Shown: positions 1 through 9,816 of the stretch, in pieces
How the letters are laid out: each line of letters starts with the position of its first letter
Numbering within the stretch: the first letter of the stretch is position 1
Assembly: GCA_963665465.1 (NCBI GenBank)
Contig: OY762226.1
Location: 5,387,986-5,451,985, forward strand
Direction: 5' to 3'
Length of the DNA stretch: 64,000 nucleotides
DNA from: Vicinamibacterales bacterium
GTDB lineage: Bacteria > Acidobacteriota > Vicinamibacteria > Vicinamibacterales > UBA8438
Made by a program: the position numbers and the translations under genes
Notes under the pieces: generated by a model
What the model saw: the letters and a program-made list of their open reading frames with translations, nothing else
Databases searched by the model: none
Told to the model about the DNA's origin: nothing

Positions 1-279
1 GCCGAAGTGTTGTTCACGCTTCTGGCCGAGCGCTACGAGCGCCGCTCGGTGATGGTGACGAGCAACCTGATGTTCAGCCAGTGGGACCGCATCTTCCGCG
101 ACCAGATGGCCACGGCCGCGGCGATCGACCGGCTCGTACACCACGCGGTGGTGATCGAGTTCGACGTCCCGAGCTACCGCACGGACCGGTCGCGCCGGAA
201 ATCGCCGCCGTCACCTGCTCCCCGGGGACGCGCCCCGGGGCCGCTGCTGCCCCGAGCCCGCCGACGGTCGACCTCGTGA
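1..279 (+). CDS. istB: IS21-family IstB-like helper ATPase, C-terminal fragment (5' end outside window)
   Basis: The frame is open from base 1. LLAERYERRSVMVTSNLMFSQWDRIF...AAAIDRLVHHAVVIEF parallels the C-terminal third of the complete IstB at 7460..8233 (MRRYERASTMLTSNRPVDDW...ALLDRLLHHAHVL). Confidence 0.75.
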   Translation, partial: AEVLFTLLAERYERRSVMVTSNLMFSQWDRIFRDQMATAAAIDRLVHHAVVIEFDVPSYRTDRSRRKSPPSPAPRGRAPGPLLPRARRRSTS

Positions 280-334
280 ACGGCCGGCCGGTGCCGCTTC
301 GACCGTCGAGTGCTGCGCTCCGGACGGCGTAGCT

Positions 335-416
335 GCGGGGCGGGCGGCGTGTCAACGCGCTGGCGCGCGCCCTCCGCTTCGCTACGGCCCTTCGGGTGAC
401 ACACCGCCCGCCCCGC
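335..416. repeat. Long imperfect hairpin downstream of the istB fragment (20-bp arms, 19/20 complementary)
   Basis: GCGGGGCGGGCGGCGTGTCA (335..354) pairs with TGACACACCGCCCGCCCCGC (397..416). A related hairpin follows the other istB at 7382..7450. Confidence 0.6.
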
Positions 417-731
417 CACTCGGATTGCAGTTATGGGCCTTGCGGCCCAGCCTGGACGGGGCGTCCCGGCCGACCACGACCCTCGGTGGACACCGTGGAC
501 CGCGTTGACCTCGCCGACGAGTTGAGCCGGCAAGAATGGCTGTCGCGAACCGGCAAAAATAGTTGACGCTGAACACCTGTGCGAGGCGACGCGCAAGGCA
601 GCCGAGCAGCGCCGGCGGCAACGCGAGCCGCTCTCGCGGTTCAAGCGTCTCAAGCCGGGCGAGAAGAAGGGCTAGCCGCTGAGGCATCAGCCTTCGTGCT
701 TTGACTTCGTTGTGTCACGGCGGCAGCACCG

Positions 732-780
732 TGGAGTTGCCCCGACTATGTGGAGTTACCCCGTGAACGCAAAAGGTAAC
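732..780. repeat. Left terminal IR of serine-recombinase element copy A
   Basis: TGGAGTTGCCCCGACTATGTGGAGTTACCCCGTGAACGCAAAAGGTAAC. It matches 25631..25679 and the inverted 17866..17914. Confidence 0.7.
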
Positions 781-946
781 TTGGGGGGTCGGCGAGGTCG
801 CCGACTCGGCCATTGGGTCCGGAACTCGTTGGCGGCGGTCCCGAGGGAACGGGAATACAGTGGCGAATCACGAGCGCGTCGTCGCTGACGAGGACCTCCT
901 TGACGAGGAGCCGCACGATCCGTTGCCGCTCCACGATGTCGAGCGT
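746..946 (-). pseudogene. 3' fragment (last ~66 codons) of the copy-A serine recombinase gene
   Basis: TLDIVERQRIVRLLVKEVLVSDDALVIRHCIPVPSGPPPTSSGPNGRVGDLADPPSYLLRSRG is identical to the C-terminus of the intact copy at 25645..27318. Confidence 0.85.
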
Positions 947-982
947 TGGAGTTGCCCCGACTATGCGGAACTCCACATAGTC
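947..982. repeat. Left arm of split 48-bp IR-pair palindrome (includes a 24-bp direct repeat at 959..982)
   Basis: TGGAGTTGCCCCGACTATGCGGAACTCCACATAGTC. GACTATGCGGAACTCCACATAGTC recurs at 15792..15815. A CGT at 944..946 is repeated at 15828..15830. Confidence 0.8.
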
Positions 983-1069
983 GGGGCTATGCAGAGTTCC
1001 GGACTATGCGGAGTTCGCCCGGCGGCTTGCGTGAACGCGGGCGATTACATGGAGCGGTACTCCGCATAG

Positions 1070-2071
1070 TCAGAGGGCTTCCAGGAAGTCGAGGAGCCGA
1101 TCGGTGGCTGTGAACCGGAGTGGCTGAGGTGCGGGATCGTCGACGCACCGGAGTGCGGCCTCCTTCATGGCGAGGTCGGCTTCGACGTACTGATGGGTGG
1201 TGGCCGTGTCCTCGTGGCCGAGCCAGAGAGCAATGACGGTGATGTCGACTCCCGACTGGAGCAGATGCATCGCGGTCGTGTGGCGTAGCGTGTGAGGCGA
1301 GATCCGTCGGGTCGCAAGTGAGGGCTGGCTTTGCGAGGCCCTTCGGCAGGCGACGTGCAGTTGATGCTCGACCCCGGAGCGCGACAGGGGCTTGCCGGCG
1401 CGATTGGGAAACACGGGAGCACCGGGGCTTCTATCGATTCGAGGGAGCCACGCCCGGAGCTGCGCTGCGGTGCTCTTCCAGAGCGGGACGACACGCTCCT
1501 TGCGTCCCTTGCCGTGCAGGAGCAGGGACGACGCGCGATCGAGAAGCACGTCGGCGACGAGGAGTCGGATCATCTCGGAGACGCGGGCGCCGGTGTTGTA
1601 GAGCACGGCGAAGAGGACGGCGTCGCGCTGTCCGCTCCAGGTGGTTCGGTCGGGAGCGTCGATGATCGCGGTGATCTCGTCGCGAGACAGGTAGCCGAGG
1701 ACGGGCCGGTCGAAGCGCTTGACGGGAATCGCGAGAACGTGTTGCGCGATGGGCAGCAGGGTTGGCTCGCGCAGCGAGGCGTAGCGCATGAAGGACCGGA
1801 TGGCGGTGAGACGGAGGTTGCGCGAGCGGGGGGAATTGCCGCGCTCGGTCTCGAGATGGTCGAGGAAGTCGAGGACCATGGGCGCATCGAGATCCGAGAC
1901 GGTCAGTGCCGACGGGGTCCGTCCGATGCGCTGTGCGGCATACCCGAGGAACAACGTGAAGGTGTCGCGGTAGCTGGCGATCGTGTGGGCGCTGGCGCCG
2001 CGTTGGGCTACGAGGCGCCGATGAAAGAAGTCCTGCAGGAGTGCGGGAAACGCGCGCTCGACCGACGTCAT
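1070..2071 (-). CDS. ritC: Tyrosine recombinase, third gene of RIT trio
   Basis: 333 aa. It has the SAM-like N-terminal domain, ARVSEM (Arg), HTLRHTTAMHLL (HxxR) and LGHEDTATTHQY (His/Tyr). Its start overlaps the upstream stop by 4 bp. Confidence 0.8.
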   Translation of the reverse strand: MTSVERAFPALLQDFFHRRLVAQRGASAHTIASYRDTFTLFLGYAAQRIGRTPSALTVSDLDAPMVLDFLDHLETERGNSPRSRNLRLTAIRSFMRYASLREPTLLPIAQHVLAIPVKRFDRPVLGYLSRDEITAIIDAPDRTTWSGQRDAVLFAVLYNTGARVSEMIRLLVADVLLDRASSLLLHGKGRKERVVPLWKSTAAQLRAWLPRIDRSPGAPVFPNRAGKPLSRSGVEHQLHVACRRASQSQPSLATRRISPHTLRHTTAMHLLQSGVDITVIALWLGHEDTATTHQYVEADLAMKEAALRCVDDPAPQPLRFTATDRLLDFLEAL

Positions 2072-3021
2072 GACGAGCGCTCCGACGCTCGGAGCGCAAA
2101 GCGTTCGAAGCGCTGCGCGGTGTTGACGAGCAACTCAGGGACAGCGGTGCAGTACCAGTAGGTGTCGGTGACCTTGGCGTGGCCGAGATAGGTCGACAGG
2201 GCCAGGATCTTGTGCTCGACATCGGCGCCGTCTTGGTACCAGCGCAGCAGCCGTCGCGTGACGAAGGTGTGTCTCAGGTCGTGAATGCGCGGAGCGCGCG
2301 TGCGCCCGTGTCCGGTCCAGCCCAGACGCTGCTTGAGCCGGCTGAAGGCCTTCTCTACGGCGTCGCGCGTGAGTCGAGGCGAATGCTCGGTGCGGAAGAA
2401 GTGCTCCGACCGGGATGCAGCACGACACGCGTCGCGGCGATCGGCGTAGCGGATCAGTGCTCGGGTCGTGGTCGGATGGAGCGGTACGAGTCGTGATTTC
2501 CGGAACTTCGTCTCGCGGATGCTCAGGATGCCGTTGACGAGGTCGACGTCGTCGGTCGTCAGGCGGCAGGCTTCGGAGAGGCGCAGGCCGGTCGAGACCA
2601 GCAGGGCGAAGTAGGCGACATAAGTAGCGGGTCGCAACCCCTGTCGGGGCAGCAAGCGACTCGCCTCCTGCAGGAGCGCAGCCACCTCGGACTCGGTGTA
2701 GATGTGTGGCGGTGGGCGGCGCGAGATGCGTCCGAGCAGGCCGACCGGTGGAACTTCGGTGGCCGGGTCGAAGAGCGCACGGTGTCGCGCGAGTTGTCGC
2801 ACCACCGCCAGCCGGCGTACGGCCTGCTCCGGATTGCTCGATTGTGAGGCCTGCGCCCACTGGACCATCAACTCGATCGTCAGGGGGCCGCTGTGTCCGA
2901 TCCGGTCTGCATGGCTGGCGAAGTCGCGCAGCAGCCATTCCGGCGTTTCGAGGCTGAAGCCGAGCCCGCGGCGTGCGATCAGGTAATCGTCGACCAGGCG
3001 GTGGAAGCTGGGAGGCGTCAT
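2068..3021 (-). CDS. ritB: Tyrosine recombinase, second gene of RIT trio
   Basis: 317 aa with GLRLSEACRL, HDLRHTFVT and LGHAKVTDTYWY. It has 4-bp overlaps with both neighbours. Confidence 0.8.
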   Translation of the reverse strand: MTPPSFHRLVDDYLIARRGLGFSLETPEWLLRDFASHADRIGHSGPLTIELMVQWAQASQSSNPEQAVRRLAVVRQLARHRALFDPATEVPPVGLLGRISRRPPPHIYTESEVAALLQEASRLLPRQGLRPATYVAYFALLVSTGLRLSEACRLTTDDVDLVNGILSIRETKFRKSRLVPLHPTTTRALIRYADRRDACRAASRSEHFFRTEHSPRLTRDAVEKAFSRLKQRLGWTGHGRTRAPRIHDLRHTFVTRRLLRWYQDGADVEHKILALSTYLGHAKVTDTYWYCTAVPELLVNTAQRFERFALRASERSS

Positions 3022-3941
3022 CGGAGCACCTCCGGCCAGGGAAGCGCGACCTCACGTAGTCTCGGCAGATCGAGCTTGGCGTAGATCGTCGTGGTATCGA
3101 GGCTGCGATGACCGAGCACGTCAGCGACCTCTTTGAGGCTGGCTCCTTGCTGCACCATGCGGCTGGCCACGGTGTGCCGGAAGACGTAGGCGCCGGCGAG
3201 CGGCGCGTCGACCGCCGACCGCCGCAACGCGCGCGCCACGACACCGGAGACGGCAGTGCTTGAAATCGGCTTGCCGCAGCGAACTCCCAGGCGCTGCACG
3301 AACACCCGCCGCTCGACAGTGGCTGGACGCTCGCCGTTCAGATAGTCGACCAACGCCTGGCCCACGGCGCGAGGCAGCGGCAGCATGGCGCTACGACGGT
3401 TCTTCCGGATGCGCACCTCGATGGTGCCGCCGCGCCAGTCGATGTCGTCCAGGCGCAGGTCGGCCACCTCGCCGGGCCGCAGCCCCAAGGTCGACAGGCA
3501 CTGGACAATCGCATGGTCCCGTTGTCTGCACGGGGTCGGGGTATCGAACGATCCCAGCACCTGCTGGACCTGCTGCTCGGTCAGCGAACGAGGCAGCGTC
3601 GCAAGCCGCCAGTGAGCAACCGTCGGTAGGGCAGTCTCGAGCTCGTTGCCGCAGAAGCCCTCGAAACGCAGGAACCGGAAGAACGACCGCAGCGTCGACC
3701 GCACGGTCCGCATCGAGCCCGGAGAGAACCGTCCTCGTAGCGACGTGATGAACGTCACCACATCGGCCGGCGCAAGGCGAGCGGGGTCGACCGGGTCCGC
3801 GCCAAGGGCGGCCCGGACGAGCATCCGGACGAGGCGGGCGCGGCCACGCAAAGTCTGAGGACGCAGACCGCGCGTACGTCGTTGGTGCTGGGTGTACGCC
3901 TCGATCAGATCGTCGAGGGTCCACGAGCTGGGAACGGTCAT
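3018..3941 (-). CDS. ritA: Tyrosine recombinase, first gene of RIT trio
   Basis: 307 aa with GLRPGEVADL, YVFRHTVASRM and LGHRSLDTTTIYAKL. Confidence 0.8.
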   Translation of the reverse strand: MTVPSSWTLDDLIEAYTQHQRRTRGLRPQTLRGRARLVRMLVRAALGADPVDPARLAPADVVTFITSLRGRFSPGSMRTVRSTLRSFFRFLRFEGFCGNELETALPTVAHWRLATLPRSLTEQQVQQVLGSFDTPTPCRQRDHAIVQCLSTLGLRPGEVADLRLDDIDWRGGTIEVRIRKNRRSAMLPLPRAVGQALVDYLNGERPATVERRVFVQRLGVRCGKPISSTAVSGVVARALRRSAVDAPLAGAYVFRHTVASRMVQQGASLKEVADVLGHRSLDTTTIYAKLDLPRLREVALPWPEVLR

Positions 3942-4138
3942 GGAATGCTCCTTTCCGGCCCATCAGGCCGGAGAGAGCATCCCGACTATGCGGAGTCTCG
4001 GGAACCGAGCAACTGCCGCAAATCCTTGGTTCTACGGGTACTTGAGCACGCGGAACCCGGAGTTGCTCCGCATAGTCCCGAACTCTGCATAGCCCCGATT
4101 TCGTGGACACCTAACCTGTTGGTGAGGAGGAGTCCACG

Positions 4139-4447
4139 ATGCCGAAGTCGAGACCGCCGTACCCGGCGGCATTCCGGCAGCAGATGGTCGAGCTGGTTCG
4201 GTCCGGACGCACACCGGGCGAACTGGCTCGGGAGTTCGAGCCGTCGGCCGAGGCGATACGGAACTGGGTTGCGCAGGCTGACCGCGACGCGGGAGAGCGC
4301 GCCGACGGCCTGAACACCGAGGAGCGTGAAGAGATTCGCCGGCTGCGCCGTGAGGTGCGTCGGCTGCGCGAAGAACGGGAGATATTGGCAAAAGCAACTG
4401 CCTGGTTCGCACGGGAGACCGGACCCGGGAGGACTACCGGTTCATGA
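4139..4447 (+). CDS. IS3-family transposase OrfA (HTH / leucine-zipper protein)
   Basis: 102 aa. YPAAFRQQMVELVRSGRTPGELAREFEPSAEAIRNWV plus the EEIRRLRREVRRLREEREILAKA coiled coil are typical of IS3 OrfA. Confidence 0.85.
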   Translation: MPKSRPPYPAAFRQQMVELVRSGRTPGELAREFEPSAEAIRNWVAQADRDAGERADGLNTEEREEIRRLRREVRRLREEREILAKATAWFARETGPGRTTGS

Positions 4448-4902
4448 GTGCGAATCAGGCTCGGTTCCGCGTCGCCACGATGGCCCGCGTGCTCGGTGTC
4501 TCCCCGAGCGGGTACTACGCGTGGCGTCGACGCCCCTGTTCGGCTCGCGCCCGGGCCGATGCCGAGTTGACCACCCGCGTGCGGGAGATTCACGCTCGCA
4601 GCCGGGGCACGTACGGCGCGCCGCGGATTCACGCCGACCTGGCCGACGACGGCGTGTCGGTCGGCCGCAAGCGGGTCGCGCGGGTGATGCGCGCCGCGGG
4701 CATCGCCGGCGTGAGCCGGCGCCGCGGCCCCCGCACGACGCGCCGGGCGGTACGGGCCCGGCCGGCGCCGGATCGCGTCGAGCGCCGCTTCGAAGCCGAC
4801 GAGCCGAACCGCCTATGGGCAGCCGACATCACCTACGTGCCGACCTTGGCGGGCTTCCTTTACCTGGCCATCGTCCTCGACGTCTTCAGCCGGCGGGTCG
4901 TG
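4444..4902 (+). pseudogene. IS3-family transposase OrfB, 5' part (first 153 codons)
   Basis: ...RIHADLADDGVSVGRKRVARVMR...PNRLWAADITYVPTLAGFLYLAIVLDVFSRRVV, after which the similarity stops. The frame resumes at 12144. Confidence 0.85.
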
Positions 4903-4928
4903 GATCCATCGTCATACTGCCCCCGGAC

Positions 4929-7139
4929 TTATGAGGAGTGTCCAAACAGCGTGGCTTGGTCGTCGATCACCTTGATTCGCAGGCCTTTTCTCTTCCCGTG
5001 GTGGACATGCACGGCGTCGAGTTCGCCGCGCTTGACACGCTGCAACACCGTCTGGCGCGACACGCCGAGGAGTCGAGTCGCGTCCTGCATCGGCACGTAT
5101 CCCGCCGGCGTCTGTTCGACGAAGCGGGCGAGCAGCTCCGGGGTGATGCGGATTCGCCACGGCGCGCCGGGGGTGAGTTGTTCGCCCGCGATGAATCCAT
5201 CGTTGATCCAGCGGTGCAGCGTAGACGGCGCCATGTCCAGGCGCTTGGCCGCTTCCTGGATGCTGACCACTTCACCGTCGGTCGAGCGCGTCGCCGGGTC
5301 GAAGCGCCCGAGATTCCAGTTGCGGCGCAGGTTCCCGACATGCATGGCGGTGAAGGGGTGGCCGTAGGCAGTCTTCTTGCCTTGGCGGCTCAGGATACCG
5401 GCGATCACGGCATCGGGATAGTGCTGGGCCAGGCGGCGCACAAGTTCGAGGGTGTCCTCGTCGGTTCGGATCGGCGGCTGGCGCGTCTGGGGGCGATCGA
5501 TGTCGAGTTCGGTCAGCATACCCCCGCGCCAGCGCAGCGTCAGGTGGGCGGTCTGCCCGCCGCGCGGCGCGGCGACGATGACTTCGTCGAGCAATGTGCG
5601 CAGCAACTCCTTCTTGTCCCGCGCCGTGGTGGTGGGCGCCTCCCAGACCCGCGGCAGGTCCATGCCAAGTGCGAGCACGGCCTTGCGCTCGTCGGTCGTC
5701 AGTTCGCGCGGTCGGCGCCGCTCGCGGCGTTCGAGTTCGGACCGCGCTTGTTCGAGTTCGCTCAGGCGCTGTTCCCATTCCGTCTCGAGGCCGCGGGCGA
5801 CGAGGCGATTCTCGGGCTCGACGGCATGGTACCGGCGTTCGGCGCGCTCGGCTTCATAGCGCGCCCGTTCGAGGGCCAGACGCCACTGTTCGAGCGCGCC
5901 GTCGTGATCGGCTTCGATCCGTTTGGCGGCGCGCAACGCGGCCTCGAGACCGGCCGGCTGCGCCGCGTCGAGCACGGCCTCGGACACCGCCCGGTCGATC
6001 TGTACGCCGCCGATGTACAGGCAGTACACGCCGCTTGCCTGGACGATGTCCTGACCCGAACAGTGATAGCCCGGCGAGGCGTTTCGTCCCTGGTAGTGGA
6101 CATACAGCCGCCGCCCGCAGTGGCCGCACGTGGCGATGCCTTGCAGCAGCGCGCTTCCTTCTCTGACCGCGCCGCTCCCCGCCGCATGCGGTCGCGGCCG
6201 CGTGTTGCTGCCGATGCGGGCGAGGTTATCCTCGTAGGTCGGCCAGTCGATATAGCCCGGGTGGTGGTCGGGGATCAGCACCGGCCACTCCGAGCGCGGT
6301 ACTCGACGCACACGCTGTCGCACCACACCGTTTTCGTCGACGACGCGTTCCTGCCGCGATTTGCCGTACGTGTAGGCGCCGGCATAGGCCGGATTGGTGA
6401 GTACCTGATGAATCGCATGATACGACGGAGGAACCCAGCGGATGGCGTCGCCGTGGTTCAAGCGCAGCGGGAAGGTGAGCTTCTCGGAGACGAACCACAA
6501 CCAGACGCGGCGCACCGACCCGAATTCGGCGAACCGCTCGAAAATCGCGCGAACAGCCCCGGTGACCGCTTCGTCGGGATGCAGCCGGATCTCGCCGTCG
6601 CGCTCGCCCCAGACGAGCCCGACCGGCAGACCGCAACGCAGCTCTCCGCGGGCCGCCTTGTTGCGGATCCCACCGTCGAGGCGCGCATGCAGGACATGCA
6701 GTTCGGCCTCTGACATTGTCCCCTTCAGCCCGAGGATAAGCCTGTCGTTGAAGATGTTCGGATCGTACACCCCGTCGGCATCGCCAATCAGAGTGTCGGT
6801 GATGCCGCACAGGTCGAGCAGCCGGTACCAGTCGGCGTTGTTGCGGGCCAGCCGCGAGACCTCCAGGCCGAGGAGAATGCCGACGTGTCCGAGGGCGACC
6901 TGCGCGGTCATGCGGGCGAAGCCGCCACGCCCCTGCGTGGTCGCGCCGGACAACCCCAGGTCCTCGTCGAGCACCGTGATCTGATCGGCGCGCCACCCGA
7001 ACTGGCGCGCCCGTTCGGCCAAGTCATATTGCCGTCGCGTCGATTCGCGATTCTGCTCGACCTGGGCAACAGTGGACTGTCGCACGTACACGACGGCGGC
7101 GCGGCGCAGGTGGGTGGGCTGGACTTTCGTCTCACTCAT
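4929..7139 (-). CDS. Large serine recombinase (736 aa) with two C-terminal HTH modules
   Basis: The start is MSETKV (ATG at 7139). It has a resolvase-type N-terminus (AAVVYVRQSTVAQ), a recombinase domain, a zinc ribbon (CGHCGRRLYVHYQG..YHC) and a coiled coil. The C-terminal modules are IQEAAKRLDMAPSTLHRWINDG and MQDATRLLGVSRQTVLQRVKRG. Confidence 0.85.
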   Translation of the reverse strand: MSETKVQPTHLRRAAVVYVRQSTVAQVEQNRESTRRQYDLAERARQFGWRADQITVLDEDLGLSGATTQGRGGFARMTAQVALGHVGILLGLEVSRLARNNADWYRLLDLCGITDTLIGDADGVYDPNIFNDRLILGLKGTMSEAELHVLHARLDGGIRNKAARGELRCGLPVGLVWGERDGEIRLHPDEAVTGAVRAIFERFAEFGSVRRVWLWFVSEKLTFPLRLNHGDAIRWVPPSYHAIHQVLTNPAYAGAYTYGKSRQERVVDENGVVRQRVRRVPRSEWPVLIPDHHPGYIDWPTYEDNLARIGSNTRPRPHAAGSGAVREGSALLQGIATCGHCGRRLYVHYQGRNASPGYHCSGQDIVQASGVYCLYIGGVQIDRAVSEAVLDAAQPAGLEAALRAAKRIEADHDGALEQWRLALERARYEAERAERRYHAVEPENRLVARGLETEWEQRLSELEQARSELERRERRRPRELTTDERKAVLALGMDLPRVWEAPTTTARDKKELLRTLLDEVIVAAPRGGQTAHLTLRWRGGMLTELDIDRPQTRQPPIRTDEDTLELVRRLAQHYPDAVIAGILSRQGKKTAYGHPFTAMHVGNLRRNWNLGRFDPATRSTDGEVVSIQEAAKRLDMAPSTLHRWINDGFIAGEQLTPGAPWRIRITPELLARFVEQTPAGYVPMQDATRLLGVSRQTVLQRVKRGELDAVHVHHGKRKGLRIKVIDDQATLFGHSS

Positions 7140-7381
7140 CCTCGCCCTCCTTCTCCGGTTCGGGTCGCGCCGCTTGCACGATGAGTCTCTCCAGCACGCC
7201 GAGCACCGCGACCTCGGTGGACGGGTCAAATCCGGCCATTTGTGGACACCGCAAATCCGGCCATTTCCGGCATCCCGAGACGGCACGTGAGTTCTACTTC
7301 ATGGGTTCGCGTATGCGCAAGGATCTGAGTCTGGTGAAGCCGGGGCCGCCAGGCCCATAGCGGCTCTCTGAGCGGAGGGAC

Positions 7382-7450
7382 GGGCGGCGTGTCACCCGGC
7401 AGGGCCGGAGCGCACGCGGAGGACGCGCGCAGCGCGTTGACACGCCGGCC
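7382..7450. repeat. Hairpin immediately downstream of istB
   Basis: GGGCGGCGTGTCA (7382..7394) pairs with TGACACGCCGGCC (7438..7450), 12/13. The arm sequence is the same as in the hairpin at 335..416. Confidence 0.55.
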
Positions 7451-7459
7451 GTTCCGTAG

Positions 7460-8233
7460 CTACCCGTGTCGGAGCGCATCGATCGACCTCCCACCCGCGG
7501 CTGCCTGGACCTTGGTGCGCCAGCTGCGCGGCCCGCACTTGAGCACGTGCGCGTGATGGAGCAGGCGGTCGAGCAGCGCGGTGACGGCGGCGGTGTCTCC
7601 GAGCAGCTTCCCCCAGTCGTCGACCGGCCGGTTCGAGGTGAGCATCGTGGAGGCGCGTTCGTAGCGCCGCATGACCAGCTCGAGCAGGTCCTCGGCGGCA
7701 GTGTGGGGCAGCTTGCGCATGCCGAGGTCGTCGATGATGAGCAGGGGCACGCGGGTGAGCTCGACCAGGTAGGCCTTGCGGGTGTCGGCGAGCGTGGCCT
7801 CGGCGAGCTCCTCGAGGAAGGCGTGCGCCTCGCGGTAGATGACGCGGTAGCCCTGCTCGATGGCGGCGCGGCCGATGGCCTGGGCAAGATGGCTCTTGCC
7901 CGTACCGGGCGGCCCGATCAGCAGGACGTCCTCGCGCTGGGCGATGAAACGCGCGGTGGCGAGCTCGAAGACGAGGGCGCGGTTGATCTTCTTGTTGAAG
8001 GCGAAGTCGAAGCTGTCGAGCGCGCGGTCCGGGTCGCGGAATCGGGCCTGTTTGTGGCGCCGGGCGAGCAGCCGGTCCTGGCGCCGCTGCAGTTCGTCGT
8101 TGACGAGGGCGGCGACGAGGTCGATCGGGGCCATCTGCTCGACCTGGGCCTGCTGCAGGCGCGTGTCGAGGACATCGGCGATCCCGGAGAGGCGGAGCTT
8201 GCGCAGGGCCTGGTCGAGTTCGACGAGATTCAT
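7460..8233 (-). CDS. istB: IS21-family IstB helper ATPase
   Basis: 257 aa with Walker A GPPGTGKSH and Walker B LLIIDDLG. It overlaps the istA stop by 4 bp. Confidence 0.9.
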   Translation of the reverse strand: MNLVELDQALRKLRLSGIADVLDTRLQQAQVEQMAPIDLVAALVNDELQRRQDRLLARRHKQARFRDPDRALDSFDFAFNKKINRALVFELATARFIAQREDVLLIGPPGTGKSHLAQAIGRAAIEQGYRVIYREAHAFLEELAEATLADTRKAYLVELTRVPLLIIDDLGMRKLPHTAAEDLLELVMRRYERASTMLTSNRPVDDWGKLLGDTAAVTALLDRLLHHAHVLKCGPRSWRTKVQAAAGGRSIDALRHG

Positions 8234-9816
8234 GACGGGTCTCCTGTTCTGCGGTCGATCAGATCGCGGTAGACGGTCAGTTGCCGGATGAGCGGGTCGA
8301 CCTGGCGCAGCGAGAGGGGCGGCGCTGGCCGGCGGTCGAGGTAGCGCTTCAAGAAGCGGTAGGTGGGCATGCCGAGTTCGAGCGCGGCGGCGGCGGCCTG
8401 TTCGACGACGACGGGGCCGTGCTTCTTGGCGAGGGCGAGGACGCCGAGGATGCGGCGGACGCCGGCAGCCCCGTCGTGACGGTGGATGTGGTCGCAGATG
8501 GTGGCGGTCCCCGGGCCGGCCCGCTTGGCGGCCGCGAGCAGGGCGAGGGTCTTCGGCGGTGTGCGGGCGGGCCGGTCGTCGTCGGCGATGCGATGCCAGC
8601 CCCGGGGCGCGCGCAGGTGCTCGCGGAGGAGCTGGCCGGTGCTCGGGTCGAGCAGGCGGACGTGCAGGTCATTCCACTGGACGTGGACGCGGCGGCCGAT
8701 CCAGCCCGGCGGCGCGCTGTAGTAGGCGGAGGCGACCTCGACGCAGCCGTCGAGATGCACGGTGCGTTGGCCGTACTCGTAGTAGCGGAAGGGCTCGAGC
8801 GGCAACGGGCCGAGCGCCGGACGTTCCTCGGCGAACATGGCGGCGACCTGGCGTTTGGTCGTGCCGTGGATGCGGGTGTCGGCCCAGCGCCGGTCCCAGC
8901 GGTCCAGGTATGCCTGGCCGTCGTCGAGGTGCTCGAAGCGGAGGCCGCGCAGCGGCGTCTTCTGGGTGTGGCCGACGCTGGCTTCGACCTTGCCTTTCCG
9001 ATCGGGATCGCGGACGCGGCACGGCAGGGCGACGACACCGTAGTGGGCGAGCACGTCGCGGTAGAGCGGATTGAGCGTCGGGTCGTAGATGTCCGGGTGG
9101 AGGACGCCCTCCTTGAGATTGTCGAGCACGACGACGCGTACGGTGCCGCCCAGCCGGCGAAACGCCCGCTCGTGCAGCTCGGCCCAGACCTGGGCGCTGG
9201 AGCGGTGAACCAGCAGCCGGACGGCCTTGCGCGAGTAGCCCAGGGTGAGGACGAAGAGCCGTGTCCGCCGGTACTTGCCGGTGTCAGGGTCACGGACCAT
9301 CGGTCCCTCCCCGTAGTCGACCTGTGCTTCTTCGCCCGGGGCGGTGGCGATCACCGCTCGAGCCTCGACGGCGGGCTGCTGCCGGACGGTCGCGACGAAG
9401 CGCCGCACGCTCGCATAGCCCGCCGGGAAGCCGTGGTCGTCGACCAGGTCCTGCCAGATGGCCATGGCGTTGCGCCCGCGGCCGAGCGCGTCGACGACCA
9501 GCTCGCGGTAGGGCTCGCACGCGCTCGCCCGCGGCGCACGAGTGGGACGGTCTCCGGCCACGGCAGTGGCCGTTTCGGTGCCGGTCCCGGCCGCGGGCGC
9601 CGCCGAGTCGGTGGACACCTGCGCGGAAATGGCCGGATTTGACGGTCGGGTGCGAGGACGGCCGCGGCCCTGCACCACCAGCCCGGCGGCCTTGAGGTAG
9701 CCGCTGGCCGTCTCGCGCCGCACCCCAGTCGCCCGTTCGATACGACGAAGCGACCAGCCGAGGCGCCCCAGCGCCAGGACCTGCTGTCGTTTCTCTTCAG
9801 CCAAGACGTTGCTCAT
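8230..9816 (-). CDS. istA: IS21-family IstA transposase
   Basis: The start is MSNVLAEEKRQQVLALGRLGWSLRRIERATGV (HTH). The DDE core has QVDYGEG..., and the C-terminal region is typical of IstA. 528 aa. Confidence 0.9.
   Translation of the reverse strand: MSNVLAEEKRQQVLALGRLGWSLRRIERATGVRRETASGYLKAAGLVVQGRGRPRTRPSNPAISAQVSTDSAAPAAGTGTETATAVAGDRPTRAPRASACEPYRELVVDALGRGRNAMAIWQDLVDDHGFPAGYASVRRFVATVRQQPAVEARAVIATAPGEEAQVDYGEGPMVRDPDTGKYRRTRLFVLTLGYSRKAVRLLVHRSSAQVWAELHERAFRRLGGTVRVVVLDNLKEGVLHPDIYDPTLNPLYRDVLAHYGVVALPCRVRDPDRKGKVEASVGHTQKTPLRGLRFEHLDDGQAYLDRWDRRWADTRIHGTTKRQVAAMFAEERPALGPLPLEPFRYYEYGQRTVHLDGCVEVASAYYSAPPGWIGRRVHVQWNDLHVRLLDPSTGQLLREHLRAPRGWHRIADDDRPARTPPKTLALLAAAKRAGPGTATICDHIHRHDGAAGVRRILGVLALAKKHGPVVVEQAAAAALELGMPTYRFLKRYLDRRPAPPLSLRQVDPLIRQLTVYRDLIDRRTGDPS

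Larger units (their letters stand above)
983..4096 (-). mobile_element. Recombinase-in-trio (RIT) element, copy 1 (3114 bp)
   Basis: It carries three tandem tyrosine-recombinase genes with ATGA overlaps and perfect 17-bp terminal IRs GGGGCTATGCAGAGTTC (983..999 / 4080..4096). It is identical to 12678..15791 (constant offset 11695 in all six frames). Confidence 0.8.

Noticed and set aside
4938-6713. A 591-aa plus-strand ORF, with many similar long ORFs (8281..9642, 15984..17465, 19278..20792, 25999..27477, 28644..30368, 38599..39621, 44655..45818).
   Set aside because: These are antisense shadow ORFs of clearly homologous genes on the other strand. They have Arg/Ala/Gly/Pro-dominated composition typical of high-GC DNA and no recognisable motifs.
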